Shown here one piece after another: positions 28,314 through 38,755 of a DNA stretch of 64,000 nucleotides. Each line of letters starts with the position of its first letter. Position 1 is the first letter of the stretch. Position numbers and translations under genes: made by a program. Origin of the DNA: Myxococcota bacterium (lineage in GTDB: Bacteria > Myxococcota_A > SURF-8). The stretch covers positions 4,928,001 to 4,992,000 of the forward strand of contig OZ223209.1 in NCBI GenBank assembly GCA_965140415.1, written 5' to 3'. A model generated the notes under the pieces. It saw only the letters and a list, made by a program, of their open reading frames with translations, did not search any database and was not told the DNA's origin.

Positions 28314-29113
28314 CGTTCCTCCTTGTCCGAATCCATCACCTTCACACCGACAGGCGGAACATCCTGCTGGAATCGAGTCATTCTCCGAACTTTGTAGCGT
28401 TCGTTCAATCGAGCCAGCCAGCTCGTCAACGTCTGGTCGTAGCGCTGCTTTTCAATGTCCTGCCGCACGTATTCCCTTAACTGTTCGGAATTGACGTTGG
28501 TATCCCGTGCCATCAAACCCGCCTTGCGGCGGCGTTCGATTTCCTGGTCCAGTTCGTCTTCCGTAATACGCGACATCATCTCCTGACGCCGCCGGATGAA
28601 ACGCTCGATTTTCTGGTTGCGCAACAATAACGCCGTCAGAGCCGACTCGCTTAGTTCCACCTGTTGCAGAAAACGTCCGTATTCCTGAACGGAAGGAAAT
28701 TGCTGCGAAAAAGCCAGACGCAGGCGGTTTCCTTCCGCCACGTCCAGTCCTTCGCTTGCATTGCTCACGCCACGTTCGAATTCCAGGTAAATCAGTTCTT
28801 TACCGATCAGGCGTTCACGTACCTTTTCCAGTAAATCGGCAGGGAGACGACCTCCCCAGTATTGTCCCTTTTCCACCAGAATCAAACGGGTTTCCTGGAC
28901 CACCTGAGTGTAGGTGATGGCGGTGTTTCCCACGCTGGCCACGACTTCGTCGATCAAACGCTCTTCGGCCTGCACGGTTTGTGCATAGCTCAGGCAGATA
29001 ACAAGCAGCAATCCCCGAACAAGAAACCGAATCAGGTCTCTTCGCCGCCAAATGGGTTGGTCAAAGGAGTTACAAAGCATTCCAACACGTTCCATAGGGG
29101 ATCTTTGCCCCAC
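28310..29113 (-). CDS. SurA N-terminal-domain-like periplasmic chaperone (true start probably downstream of the ORF start)
   Basis: Signal-like segment then LIDEVVASVGNTAIT…LI; C-terminal WLARLNERYKV; no PPIase domain seen. Confidence 0.65.
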   Translation of the reverse strand: MGQRSPMERVGMLCNSFDQPIWRRRDLIRFLVRGLLLVICLSYAQTVQAEERLIDEVVASVGNTAITYTQVVQETRLILVEKGQYWGGRLPADLLEKVRERLIGKELIYLEFERGVSNASEGLDVAEGNRLRLAFSQQFPSVQEYGRFLQQVELSESALTALLLRNQKIERFIRRRQEMMSRITEDELDQEIERRRKAGLMARDTNVNSEQLREYVRQDIEKQRYDQTLTSWLARLNERYKVRRMTRFQQDVPPVGVKVMDSDKEER

Positions 29114-29646
29114 GCCTTCTGTGCGGATGTCACATGGCCGTCACCCGGTTGCAGGTTCAGGCGCTTCATGATAGACGTTACTTGCTTGTTGCGCTGTTGT
29201 AAAGGGAGTTTATCGCCCTTTGTCAGGGCAATCATTACCGGCACTCCCGCTTCACGAAAAAGCTCCAGCGCTTCCAGATCTTCCTGGTTGGGCATCCGGC
29301 GGATATCGAACAGCAACGTAACGGCCTGAAGCTGTTGACGAGTCATAATGTACGATTCGATCATCCTCCACCAGCCAAGGCGCACCTGCTTGGGTGCTTT
29401 GGCAAAGCCGTAACCGGGCAAGTCCACCAAGTGAAACGCCTGATTGATCAGAAAGAAATTGATCTGCTGGGTCCGACCGGGCGTGCTGGACACGCGCACC
29501 AGGTTTCGTCGACCCAGTAACATATTGATCAGCGAGGACTTCCCGACGTTGGATCGCCCGCCGAAAGCCACTTCCGGCAACATGTCTTGCGGAAACTGCT
29601 TCTCGGTAGTCGCACCTTTGACGAAGGAAACATCTTTTATCAGCAT
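29032..29646 (-). CDS. engB: Ribosome biogenesis GTPase YihA/YsxC
   Basis: PEVAFGGRSNVGKSS, STPGRTQQINFF, VDLPGYG, TKGDK. Confidence 0.96.
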   Translation of the reverse strand: MLIKDVSFVKGATTEKQFPQDMLPEVAFGGRSNVGKSSLINMLLGRRNLVRVSSTPGRTQQINFFLINQAFHLVDLPGYGFAKAPKQVRLGWWRMIESYIMTRQQLQAVTLLFDIRRMPNQEDLEALELFREAGVPVMIALTKGDKLPLQQRNKQVTSIMKRLNLQPGDGHVTSAQKAWGKDPLWNVLECFVTPLTNPFGGEET

Positions 29647-29686
29647 ACCGTCACTCGTTTCTGTTCGAAATCGATTCCCGTCCGGT

Positions 29687-31168
29687 TTAACCCGAAGCGT
29701 AGGAATGCAGTCCGGAAAGCAGGATATTGACTCCCAAATAGGTGAAAATCACCACGCCGAAGCCGATCGTCGCCAAGGCGGCGGGCCAACGCCCCTCCCA
29801 GCCGTGCGTGATACGCACATGCAAATAGATACTGTACACGATCCAGGTAATCAGCGACCAGGTTTCCTTGGGATCCCAGCCCCAATAGCGTCCCCAGGCA
29901 TAATAGGCCCAGACCGCACCGGTGATGATCAGCATGGTCAGAAATGGGAACGCGAACAGGATCGTTTTGTAGGAGAAGTCGTCCAGCTTGTCGGCATCGG
30001 GCAATTGCGCCACCAACCAGTCGCGCTTCCATAGAATGAAATAAAACACCACGAAGTTCAACCAGGCTGTTACAAGCAGCAGGAATTCAAACGGATTGCC
30101 ACGCAGTGAAAAAGCGAAAGGACCGGTGGCATGCAACTGATAGTTGGCGACCAGGGTTTGCCCCGTCGCATCCAGGTGCTTGGCCTGCACCAGCGCCTTG
30201 ACCGCCTCGGGCGTCAGGTTGAAGGGTGCGGATAACGTCAACTGATAGATCGTCAGAATTAAAGCGGTGCTCAATGCCACAAAGCCCAGCGTCAGAATCC
30301 AGACGCGCGCCTGAGCTAAAAGCGTACCAGCTTTCCCCCAGCTTACGGTGTAAAGAATCGTCGCGGCAGTCAGAGCAGCAGCGGAAATAAGCAACGGCCA
30401 TCCGACACCCGGCACCGCCATTTTAAAGGGAGCGCTACCGGCCAGGCTCATTCCGGCGGCATTTTGCGCGGCATAGCTGACCGCCATCCACTTTCCCATA
30501 TGCTGAGCAACGATAGTGCCCATGTAATCACCTTGCGTCAGCAGGGCTTCGCCTCCGACCGTCAATACGATCATCGCGCCGATAGCCGCTACGCATAATC
30601 CGAAAACCGAAGTGGAAACGCCATCTTTGAGCAGGTAGAAAAAGCCCAGAATCGCCGCCAGTCCGAAAGCGGGATAGCTGATCGTCGCCATGGTGACATG
30701 CAGGTGAATCCACTTGCTCTGCAACGCCGGAACCAGCGGCGAGATCTCCTGGTTGATCAATAACGAAGCCGCGCCCATCACCAATAATGACAAGCTGATG
30801 GCGAAAATCGGAAGAATCGGAATGTTGAAACGTCGAATTCCGACCAGCGAAACCAGCGACATTCCCCAGCCGAAACAGACCAGCGACTCGTACAGGTTGC
30901 TCCAGGGTGGATGGCTGATCCAGATCTGGAACCATTCCCAGCCTTGCAGGATGCGTCCTTCCGCCTGCTGAAATGCCGCCACTTCCACTTCGCCCGCTTC
31001 GGCCCAGCGAACCAATAGCGCAGCGGTATGTAGCAAAAAGCCAAATAAAAACAAACCGAAACTCAGTTTCCCAAGCCATTTACGCTGACTGACCAGAACG
31101 GCGATGCTGGCGATCAACGCCAGCGCATACACAAGAAAACTGAAGGAAAACAAGCTTGTACTGATCAT
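29687..31168 (-). CDS. ccsA: Cytochrome c biogenesis protein CcsA/ResC (System II) with a large internal insertion
   Basis: [27 protein letters not shown] domain [27 protein letters not shown]. Confidence 0.93.
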   Translation of the reverse strand: MISTSLFSFSFLVYALALIASIAVLVSQRKWLGKLSFGLFLFGFLLHTAALLVRWAEAGEVEVAAFQQAEGRILQGWEWFQIWISHPPWSNLYESLVCFGWGMSLVSLVGIRRFNIPILPIFAISLSLLVMGAASLLINQEISPLVPALQSKWIHLHVTMATISYPAFGLAAILGFFYLLKDGVSTSVFGLCVAAIGAMIVLTVGGEALLTQGDYMGTIVAQHMGKWMAVSYAAQNAAGMSLAGSAPFKMAVPGVGWPLLISAAALTAATILYTVSWGKAGTLLAQARVWILTLGFVALSTALILTIYQLTLSAPFNLTPEAVKALVQAKHLDATGQTLVANYQLHATGPFAFSLRGNPFEFLLLVTAWLNFVVFYFILWKRDWLVAQLPDADKLDDFSYKTILFAFPFLTMLIITGAVWAYYAWGRYWGWDPKETWSLITWIVYSIYLHVRITHGWEGRWPAALATIGFGVVIFTYLGVNILLSGLHSYASG

Positions 31169-32541
31169 GATGTCGCTCCCTCGTCGCTCCCGTTTTCGCT
31201 CAATCCGGCTTGCTGCCAGATCTTTTCCACCTCTCGCTGAAAACCGCGCGGATTGCGCTGCGTCAATCCCGTCAAGCGGATTTGGCCTTGATCGCACTGC
31301 ACCGAGATGCGCCGATGTGCGCTATAGAACGTCAGATAGAGTCCCAGCACCATTAAAAAACTGCCCAGCCATACCAGTGGCACGCCGGGGTCCACCACAA
31401 CCATCAAACCGCTGATGTATGCCGGTTGCTCCTCGGCAAAGGATACCAGTAGCGGTTGATCCCTCTGAACATTTCTGTTTTGCTCTTTATCGGCCAATAC
31501 CATGCTCTGAAAGGTCTCTCCCTCGCTCTTAGCGGCCAGAATCGCCGCCCGCATCGGTTGCTCGCCAACGGGAGGAGAGAAGGATGTCAGCATGATCATG
31601 GAATCGGTATTGGGCAAAGCCGCCTGCCGTCCGCTTTGCAGGTTTACACGGTCGCTTTTGCCGGTCGCCGGATCGGTAACCAACAGCGGCGCCCGTTCGA
31701 CATAGGTGGTCTGATAGAAATTGTACACGCCATAATTCAATGGGTCGTTGACTTCGATGGTTTTATGCGCCACCGTCTGGCCCGCTTCTTTGACGGTCAG
31801 AGTCGAGACGTAATCCTTCGGGCTTCCATTCTGAAAGCGCTCCAGGCGGAAGTCGTCCAATTGTACGGAAAAGCTCACGGGAACGCGCGTATAGCGTGTC
31901 CCGCTCTTCTTAAACATGTAATCGATGCTTTGCTGCTGCTCGATTTCCATGACGCCTTCAAAACCGAACAACGCACCGACGACACCGCCGATGATGATCA
32001 CGATCAGGCTGACGTGCACCACGTAGACCATGAAATGCGCCCAGGGCTGTTTGTGGGCATACAGACGAAGAGTACCGTCTTCCTCGAAGCGCTGTACCTG
32101 TTTAAAGCGCTTCTGCATGGCGTTTTGCAGCTTTTCGACCGCTTCTTCCGGGTTGTTTACCGTCGTTTCCAGCTTCACAAAGCGTTTTCCGCTGCCATTG
32201 ACACGTCTACTTTTCGGTTGCTCAAAGGCCAGCGCCAGTTTGCCCGATAGCGTATTCAACGAGCATCCCAGGATATTGAGCATCAACAGCAGCAGGATCA
32301 AGGAATACCAGGTCGAATGGTAGACATCGAAAAAGCCCAGCTTCATCAATATGTTGGACCACTGTGGTCCGTAGAGTTCCACGTATTGGGCCGGGTCGCC
32401 GTTTTGCAGGATGATCGTCCCCGCCACAGAACCGAGGGTCCACGCCGCCAGCAGCAACACCGTAAACTTCACGGATGCAAACAGCCGCCATATGCTATCG
32501 ACGATACCGGGTTGAGTTTTCTGCTCAGCCATCGCGGCCAA
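31165..32541 (-). CDS. ccsB: Cytochrome c biogenesis protein CcsB/ResB
   Basis: ASVKF…[22 protein letters not shown]…IEVNDPL…[10 protein letters not shown]. Confidence 0.92.
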   Translation of the reverse strand: MAAMAEQKTQPGIVDSIWRLFASVKFTVLLLAAWTLGSVAGTIILQNGDPAQYVELYGPQWSNILMKLGFFDVYHSTWYSLILLLLMLNILGCSLNTLSGKLALAFEQPKSRRVNGSGKRFVKLETTVNNPEEAVEKLQNAMQKRFKQVQRFEEDGTLRLYAHKQPWAHFMVYVVHVSLIVIIIGGVVGALFGFEGVMEIEQQQSIDYMFKKSGTRYTRVPVSFSVQLDDFRLERFQNGSPKDYVSTLTVKEAGQTVAHKTIEVNDPLNYGVYNFYQTTYVERAPLLVTDPATGKSDRVNLQSGRQAALPNTDSMIMLTSFSPPVGEQPMRAAILAAKSEGETFQSMVLADKEQNRNVQRDQPLLVSFAEEQPAYISGLMVVVDPGVPLVWLGSFLMVLGLYLTFYSAHRRISVQCDQGQIRLTGLTQRNPRGFQREVEKIWQQAGLSENGSDEGATS

Positions 32542-32588
32542 GCCTCCTTTCGTGCGTCAAAGTGGAGTTTGGCTACCCAATTGGTGTG

Positions 32589-33035
32589 TCACTTCTTCGC
32601 GTTGTTGGCCTTGCTGTGCGGCAGGCGTTTCCAGGCGGAGGCTGGATTGAAATCCTTCGTGGTGGGCATTTCGCCACGATGGCAGCCCAAGCAGCCCTTC
32701 ATCGGTTCCGCGTTCAACCCCAGCGCTTCGGCTAAGTGATGATCTTTCATGATGTAATCTTTGGAATAATTCCGCCCTTCACCGTGGCAGGTTTCGCACT
32801 GCACCCCCTCGGCGACATGACAGCCCAAGCAGGCCGGATTCCGGCGTTGATCCGGCGGCAAACGATTGAATGCCGTGGCGTGCGGTCCTTGTTCCCAGGC
32901 GTCGAATTGAGCCTGGTGGCAGGTCCGGCACCACTGCGCGCCGACCATTGGTCCCGCCGCCTGCGGAGCCTGTGGAATCAGGACGCAAATGGAAAACAAT
33001 AGCAGTATCAACATGAAGGCTCGTTGTGCGGTCAT
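32589..33035 (-). CDS. Small tetraheme cytochrome c (c554-like)
   Basis: Signal peptide; four CxxCH motifs (CRTCH, CLGCH, CETCH, CLGCH); W…HA motif. Confidence 0.88.
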   Translation of the reverse strand: MTAQRAFMLILLLFSICVLIPQAPQAAGPMVGAQWCRTCHQAQFDAWEQGPHATAFNRLPPDQRRNPACLGCHVAEGVQCETCHGEGRNYSKDYIMKDHHLAEALGLNAEPMKGCLGCHRGEMPTTKDFNPASAWKRLPHSKANNAKK

Positions 33036-33136
33036 CCGAGTTAACCCCTTGAAATTGTTACGGCCAAACCTTACCTGTGCGCATGTTGCCTGTCAAGGCT
33101 TTTAGGCGGTTCACACTCGCGTAGCGAGGCGTGAAA

Positions 33137-33829
33137 TCATGAAATTCGCTGTTCGGAATCCGCCTTGCTCGTCACCGCCATGCGCGCCAGTTCGTCGGCG
33201 CGTTCGTTCTCCGGTACGCCCGCATGACCGGCAACCTTGATAAACTCCACGGCGGCATAACGCCCGATCTCATTGCGGATCTGTTCGATCAGTTCCGGGT
33301 TCTTCTTGGCTTTCCAACCCTTGACCAGCACCCCGATGGAGTAGGTGGAATCCGTGTAAATCTGCACCGGGCGCGAGGGTGTGCGGATGGTTTGCAAAGC
33401 CACCAGAATCGCCGTTAACTCCGCAACATTATTGGTGGATTTCCCCAGGTATTTCGAAATTTCCAAGCGATGTTCCCCGGACAGCAACACGACCCCCAAT
33501 CCGGCAGGACCGGGATTCCCCGAGCAGGCGCCGTCGGTCCAGGCTTGAATCGGCTCGCCTTTGGCTTTGGTCGCTCGTTTGGAACTGACCGGTTTTGGAG
33601 TAGCAGAGGTCTTCGATTCTTTCTTCTGCGCCGGTTTGGGAGCTGGCTTTGCCTTGGCGGGCGGAGGATCGTCCAGCGGACGCACGTTGGTCCGCGACGC
33701 CTTGTAGCTGCGGGTGTCGTCCGGTTTATAACGAATCTCCACCTTGCCGTTTTCCTCGATGATCCGGCCTTGCTCGTCGACGTGTACGTAAGCTTTGTTG
33801 GTTTTAAACCACATCCGTTCCCAGGGCAT
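33137..33829 (-). CDS. rnhA: Ribonuclease HI with N-terminal extension
   Basis: WTDGACSGNPGPAG, TNNVAEL, YTDS, KVAGHAG…NERADELA; start coupled to the MlaD stop. Confidence 0.92.
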   Translation of the reverse strand: MPWERMWFKTNKAYVHVDEQGRIIEENGKVEIRYKPDDTRSYKASRTNVRPLDDPPPAKAKPAPKPAQKKESKTSATPKPVSSKRATKAKGEPIQAWTDGACSGNPGPAGLGVVLLSGEHRLEISKYLGKSTNNVAELTAILVALQTIRTPSRPVQIYTDSTYSIGVLVKGWKAKKNPELIEQIRNEIGRYAAVEFIKVAGHAGVPENERADELARMAVTSKADSEQRIS

Positions 33830-34800
33830 CAGCGTGTTCCGTTTTGTTGCAGTTCTCGAATTCGTTTCATTCCGGAAGCCGGAGCAACCAGTCCGGCGGT
33901 ACCACCCTGCTGCTGGCCGAGTTGCCGGATCAGGCGCTCGTCGAAGAGCAGTCCCAGTTCTATGGCGTATTCCAGCCCGGAGAGCAGTCGCGCCTGCTTT
34001 TCGGCGGTCCATTTCAGCGCGGTGGCCAGCTGCTTGATCTGCTCTGAAAGCTGCCGCAGTTTTTCCTCGCTTTGCGCGTGGCGTTGGGGAAGTGCCTGTA
34101 ACAGCGGAGCGGCGGCTTGCAATCGTTCATTCAATCGTTGCAGGCTTTCCAGATCCAGTTCCGGCACTTGCTCTTCCAATGAGGCGAAACGTTCGAGAAT
34201 CGGAGGGATACGCTTCGCCTGATTGCCCATGCGCTGTACACCATCGAAAGCCGTGCGGGCCTGCGGCGCAAGATCGCGCACCTGCTCCCAATACGGAGAT
34301 AGTTGCTTCGCCAGTTGTACCGCTCTGGAAATCTGCCCGGCAACGTCAACCGCCTTCGGTCCCAGCTTTTCGGCGTGGTGGCTGTATTCTTCCAGGCGTA
34401 CCGGCAGCGGTCCCGCTTGAATGCGGCTGCCTACACTCAACTCTGCCGCATGCTCGTCACCCGGCTCCACTTCGATAAAGCGTCCGCCTAAAAAGGTCTT
34501 GTCGCGCAGCCGCGCACTGGCACCCTCGTGCAAGCGCAGTTTCGAAGCCAGCGCCAACGTGATGTCCGCCCGGTCGTGCGCCAGCGTGATCTCTTTTACG
34601 TACCCCCGAATCGCGCCTTTTACCCGCACCGCGTTTCCAACTTTCAACCCGGTGACATCCGCGAATTGGACGTGGTATTCAATGACTCTTTTCCCAGCAC
34701 CTGCACCGACGAACAACGCCGCCATTACACACACGGCCAGCCCGGCGAGCATCAACAGCCCGGTCAACAGGTTGGCTCGATTGGTAGGCGAAGCGTTCAT
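33829..34800 (-). CDS. MlaD/MCE family protein
   Basis: N-terminal TM; FADVTGLKVGNAVRVKG…G; LGGRFIEVEPG; helical C-terminus. Confidence 0.85.
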   Translation of the reverse strand: MNASPTNRANLLTGLLMLAGLAVCVMAALFVGAGAGKRVIEYHVQFADVTGLKVGNAVRVKGAIRGYVKEITLAHDRADITLALASKLRLHEGASARLRDKTFLGGRFIEVEPGDEHAAELSVGSRIQAGPLPVRLEEYSHHAEKLGPKAVDVAGQISRAVQLAKQLSPYWEQVRDLAPQARTAFDGVQRMGNQAKRIPPILERFASLEEQVPELDLESLQRLNERLQAAAPLLQALPQRHAQSEEKLRQLSEQIKQLATALKWTAEKQARLLSGLEYAIELGLLFDERLIRQLGQQQGGTAGLVAPASGMKRIRELQQNGTR

Positions 34801-34878
34801 ACGATCGTCGTTGCCTTCTGGTTAAAAAAAGATGTCCGAAACGAACCGGGCGACTCGATGAGCCGCCCGGTGTAACAC

Positions 34879-36102
34879 TTACTTGGTCTTCTTTTTCACG
34901 TCACCCGTGATCGGTGGCTTTACCGAAAGATTCTTTTGCCTGAGATGCGGCTTTTTCATGTCCGCTTCGCCTTTCCCTCTAGTGGTGCGGCTGAGCAGAT
35001 ACACCGGCAAAGTCAGTGTCGGTTGATCTTTGTTATCGGTCGCGATAATCACGTTGGAGGTAAAGCGTCCCGATTCCAGTTCCGCCTTCTCGTTCAATGA
35101 AACCGTCAAGCGATACGACGTACCCTTTTTAATCGGGTCGACTTTAATCAGTACCCGACCGCTGGGATCTTGGGCGTTTTTGATTTTAAACTTAACGGTA
35201 TTGGATTGTACCGTCGCCGTCGTTTCCCTGCGGTCTTCCTCGTCGATGCGCAGGGTCAAACGCCGAGGAACGACCTGGATTTCACCTTCCACCGCGACGT
35301 TGAAACGCAGGGTCAATTCCTTGACCTTGGGATTGTTGGTCTTCATCGAAACACGACCGGTCTGGTTGCCGATCTTGGTTCCTTTGACTGTAACTTCAAC
35401 GTAGGTCTGCATCACGCCTTTGTCGTCTTTCTCTTTTACGATTTTGGCGCTGGCACCTTCCAGGCTGACTTCCAAATTGGAAAGCTTGAGTCCCTTGGGA
35501 TTTTTAGCAAGGACTTTCATCCGCTGGGTCAGGCTTTCCCCTTTTTTAATGTTGGGGAAACGCAGGTAGCTGCGCTCGAATCCCAACTCCACGACTACAT
35601 TGGCGTTGACTTTCAATCGCACTTTTGGATTGACCGGATCGCTGGATTCCACGGTTACGCTCTTACCCAGTTTGCCATTACGTCCAGCTGTACTTACCGA
35701 AACCTTGATTTTTCCTTCCCCACCCGGGGGAACGTCCGCGTCGGTAATAACCGCGGCAGTGCAGCCTCACGAGCCTTTGGCACGTTCGATGTGCAGCACT
35801 CCTTTTCCGACGTTTTTGAACGTGAAAATATGTTCGGCCTTGTCACCCTGGTTGACATCGCCCAACTCGACTTCCGTTTTGGCGAATTCGATTTTCGGAG
35901 CGTTGGCCGGATCGACGGGAGCCTTGTCTTTTGCTTTCGTCTTGTCGATCGCGCTGCGTTGCGCTTTCTCGACGACCGGCTTCGCCGCCTTATCGGCGCT
36001 TTGCTCGGATTTGGAACAACCCGCGACACTGGCCATCACCAGAAACGCGGTTAGAACAGCCAGCACAAGCACCGGCGTTCGCCATCTCATTCGATCTTTC
36101 AT
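34879..36102 (-). CDS. DUF1573 (Ig-like) domain lipoprotein, probable selenoprotein with in-frame TGA at 35767-35769
   Basis: Track ORFs 35767..36114 and 34879..35652 are in one frame: FTFKNVGKGVLHIERAKGS-(TGA)-GCTAAVITDADVPPGGEGKIKV…KSVTVESSDP matches DUF1573 (F.F.N.G..L.I….SCGCT…IPPG…K.I.V.SNDP). Lipobox VAGC. Confidence 0.85.
35736..35756 (-). promoter_or_regulatory. Candidate SECIS hairpin
   Basis: CCGCGGTTATTACCGACGCGG begins after a 10-nt spacer 3' of the TGA; a second hairpin TTCCCC-CGGGT-GGGGAA follows at 35716-35732. Confidence 0.5.
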
Positions 36103-36388
36103 GTTTCTCTCCATTGTCGGTAATCGGTCAATCCATCAGTTAAACGAGCGCAGATCCTATCACAACCACATTCTTCTTTGCAAATTGACCGTACCAAAAA
36201 ACCTATAAAGGGGGTGTGATTTATCACAGCACGTGGTTGATTTTATCGATAGCGATCAAGAGTATCACAAGCTATTTCGGATGGTTCAAGGCTCCTGTCT
36301 TGAACCATTCGGTTTCCAGTTGGGGTGCCAGTCCCGACTACAAAGTCAAACGCTTAGAACAGGACGGGAGCCCTGCTCCAACATAAGG

Positions 36389-36483
36389 ATATTGCTGACC
36401 TATTTGATTTCGGGGTGGCGCGGGCCAAGCCGCAGGCTTGCCCGTGTTCGAGAATCACATAAGCAAGCTTCGTTTCGCTTTGC
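36389..36483 (+). repeat. REP-like element, family A (extended copy)
   Basis: Core GGGTGGCGCGGGCCAAGCCGCAGGCTTGCCCGTG at 36413-36446, with flanks shared with the copies at 45917 and 50808. Confidence 0.85.
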
Positions 36484-38157
36484 TTAGCCTTTCACCAGCT
36501 TCCGATAGCGCTTGCGGCGGTTTTTGGAGGCGTCGCCCAATTCACGCTTGCGCCAATCTTCATAATCGCGGTAGTTGCCGGTGAACCAGCGCACCTCGCC
36601 GTTTCCTTCAAACACAAGCAGGTGGGTGCAGATACGATCCAGGAAAAAGCGATCATGGCTGATCACCATCGCGCAACCTGCGAAGTCTAAAATGGCATCT
36701 TCCAGCAGACGAAGCGTGTTGACATCCAGATCGTTGGTCGGCTCATCCAATAGCAGCACGTTGCCACCGACTTTCAGTGTCTTGGCCAAATGGAAACGGT
36801 TGCGCTCGCCACCGGAGAGGTCGTCCGCGTCTTTCTGCTGATCCGAACCGCGAAATCCGAACCAGGAAAGATACTGCCGCACCTTCACGGCGCGCTTGCC
36901 CAGCATGACTTCATCGGAATCACCGGCTAAGGCTTTAACCAGTTGGCCGCCGCCTTTCAAGGATTCACGTCCCTGATCGACGTAGGCAAACTCTACGCTG
37001 GAACCGATTTCAATCGATCCCGCATCCGGGGTTTCCTGTTGAACGATCAAACGGAAAAGCGTAGTTTTCCCGGTACCGTTGGGACCGACCAGTCCGACTA
37101 CCGCACCTTTGGGCACCTTGAATTCCAGGTTTTCAAACAGAGTGGTTTCGAAACCTTTCGAAACACCATCAAACGTGATGACCTGCTCGCCGAGTTGCGG
37201 TCCCGGCGCGATCTGAATCACGGTGCCATCGCCCTCGCGCAAGGCGCTTTCCTGCGCAATCAGCTTTTCGTATTCGATCAGGCGTGTGCGGGCCAACTCG
37301 CTGCGATTCTTGTTGCTCATGTGAATCCAGGCCAGCTCGCGTTCGATGGCCCGGCGTTTCGTGCTGTTTTTCTTTTCGGATTCCGCCAACTTGGAAAGCT
37401 TCTGCTCCAGCCAGGAGGAGTAGTTCCCCTCCCAGGGAATACCGTGGCCGCTGTCCAGTTCAAGAATCCACTTGGTGATGTTATCCAGGAAGTAGCGGTC
37501 GTGGGTTACGACGATCACGCAGCCGGGATATTCGCGCAACTGCTCTTCCAGCCAGTCGACCGTTTCGGCATCCAGATGGTTGGTCGGTTCGTCCAATAGC
37601 AGCAGGCTCGGTTTTTCCAATAATGCTTTAGCCAGCGCCACCCGGCGACGTTCGCCGCCAGAAAGCGTCTCGATGATGCGATCGTCTTCAGGCAAACACA
37701 AGGCATCGGAAGCCACGGAAATCGTCTGGTCCAAGTCCCAGGCGTCGCGGGCGTCCAATTCGTCCTGCAACTCGCCCATGCGGTCCATGGCCTGCTGCAT
37801 CTCTTCGTCGCTCAGCTCTTCGCCCATTTTGGCGGCGCACTCGTTGTATTCATCCAGCAGTTCCTTGGTTTCGGCAAAAGCCGATTCCAGGGTTTCATAG
37901 ACGGTCAGTTCTTCATCCAGATCCGGTTCCTGAAGTACGATCCCCGCCGTATGCCCGGAAGTAAGTTCCGCATGCCCTTGGAAATCCGTATCCAAACCGG
38001 CCATGATTTTCAGTAAGGTCGATTTACCCGCGCCGTTTTCACCTACGATGCCGATCTTCGCGCCGGGGAAGAAACTGAGGTTGATGTTTTTCAACACCTG
38101 TTTCTGACCGTAATACTTGTTGAGACCCTGCATATGAAAAACGTATTGCTTATCCAT
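36484..38157 (-). CDS. ettA: Energy-dependent translational throttle protein EttA (ABC-F)
   Basis: NLSFFPGAKIG…NGAGKST; two ABC domains; GIPWEGNYSSWLEQK linker. Confidence 0.93.
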   Translation of the reverse strand: MDKQYVFHMQGLNKYYGQKQVLKNINLSFFPGAKIGIVGENGAGKSTLLKIMAGLDTDFQGHAELTSGHTAGIVLQEPDLDEELTVYETLESAFAETKELLDEYNECAAKMGEELSDEEMQQAMDRMGELQDELDARDAWDLDQTISVASDALCLPEDDRIIETLSGGERRRVALAKALLEKPSLLLLDEPTNHLDAETVDWLEEQLREYPGCVIVVTHDRYFLDNITKWILELDSGHGIPWEGNYSSWLEQKLSKLAESEKKNSTKRRAIERELAWIHMSNKNRSELARTRLIEYEKLIAQESALREGDGTVIQIAPGPQLGEQVITFDGVSKGFETTLFENLEFKVPKGAVVGLVGPNGTGKTTLFRLIVQQETPDAGSIEIGSSVEFAYVDQGRESLKGGGQLVKALAGDSDEVMLGKRAVKVRQYLSWFGFRGSDQQKDADDLSGGERNRFHLAKTLKVGGNVLLLDEPTNDLDVNTLRLLEDAILDFAGCAMVISHDRFFLDRICTHLLVFEGNGEVRWFTGNYRDYEDWRKRELGDASKNRRKRYRKLVKG

Positions 38158-38416
38158 GTTTTTCCCCTGACTATCAGCGGTTTCGGACTGCCGATGAATG
38201 TATTTCGAATATGGCGGTAACGGATCGTCTTCCCTTCGCCTTGAGGCGCATCATACGCGAAAGCGGTCGATCTGCCAAGCCATCCCGATGAATTTTTCGC
38301 GATATCGAATCATCAAAAAGCTTTTCACTGATCGAATTGACACATCATTATAACTATGTTACATGGAAATCCGTTTCTAGCGGTTCGTACTCTAAAACAT
38401 TAGCAGGGAGAGTATC

Positions 38417-38755
38417 ATGCGTATTCATCATGCGGCCTTGTTGGCGCTGCTGTCGTTCGTCTTAATCGTTGTTCTTTCGGCCTGCGGCGATAGCCTGCCG
38501 GGTAAATGCAGTTCGTATTGCAAAAAAGCACGCGATTGTTCCGCAGAGTTGGACAATCCCTTCAGCATCAGCGAATGCAAGCGCACCTGCGAGGAAGGCA
38601 CCGAGGCCAACTACTTCGCCGGCTGCGGCGAGGAAGCCGACGATTTATTCCAGTGCCAGATCGATGCCGACTGCCGCGACTGGGAAAACGACCCGGAGCT
38701 GTGCGAGGATGAAGAAGAAGATCTGACCAAGTGCATCGAGCGCTACATCGACTAG
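38417..38755 (+). CDS. Small Cys-rich lipoprotein
   Basis: Lipobox LSAC; 10 further Cys in about 85 aa; GGGAG RBS. Confidence 0.75.
   Translation: MRIHHAALLALLSFVLIVVLSACGDSLPGKCSSYCKKARDCSAELDNPFSISECKRTCEEGTEANYFAGCGEEADDLFQCQIDADCRDWENDPELCEDEEEDLTKCIERYID

Noticed and set aside
35767-35769. Nonsense mutation or pseudogene reading of the DUF1573 gene
   Set aside because: The stop is TGA precisely at a conserved Cys, both halves are intact and a hairpin follows, so Sec is more parsimonious, though unproven.
36178-36197. TGGTAC…TTTGC on the minus strand as a sigma-54 promoter of the selenoprotein gene
   Set aside because: GG-to-GC spacing is 12 nt rather than the required 10.
36282-36382. 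Possible third repeat family (GGCTCCYGTCYTG-containing hairpins)
   Set aside because: Only two short degenerate matches at one site; too little to call within this window.
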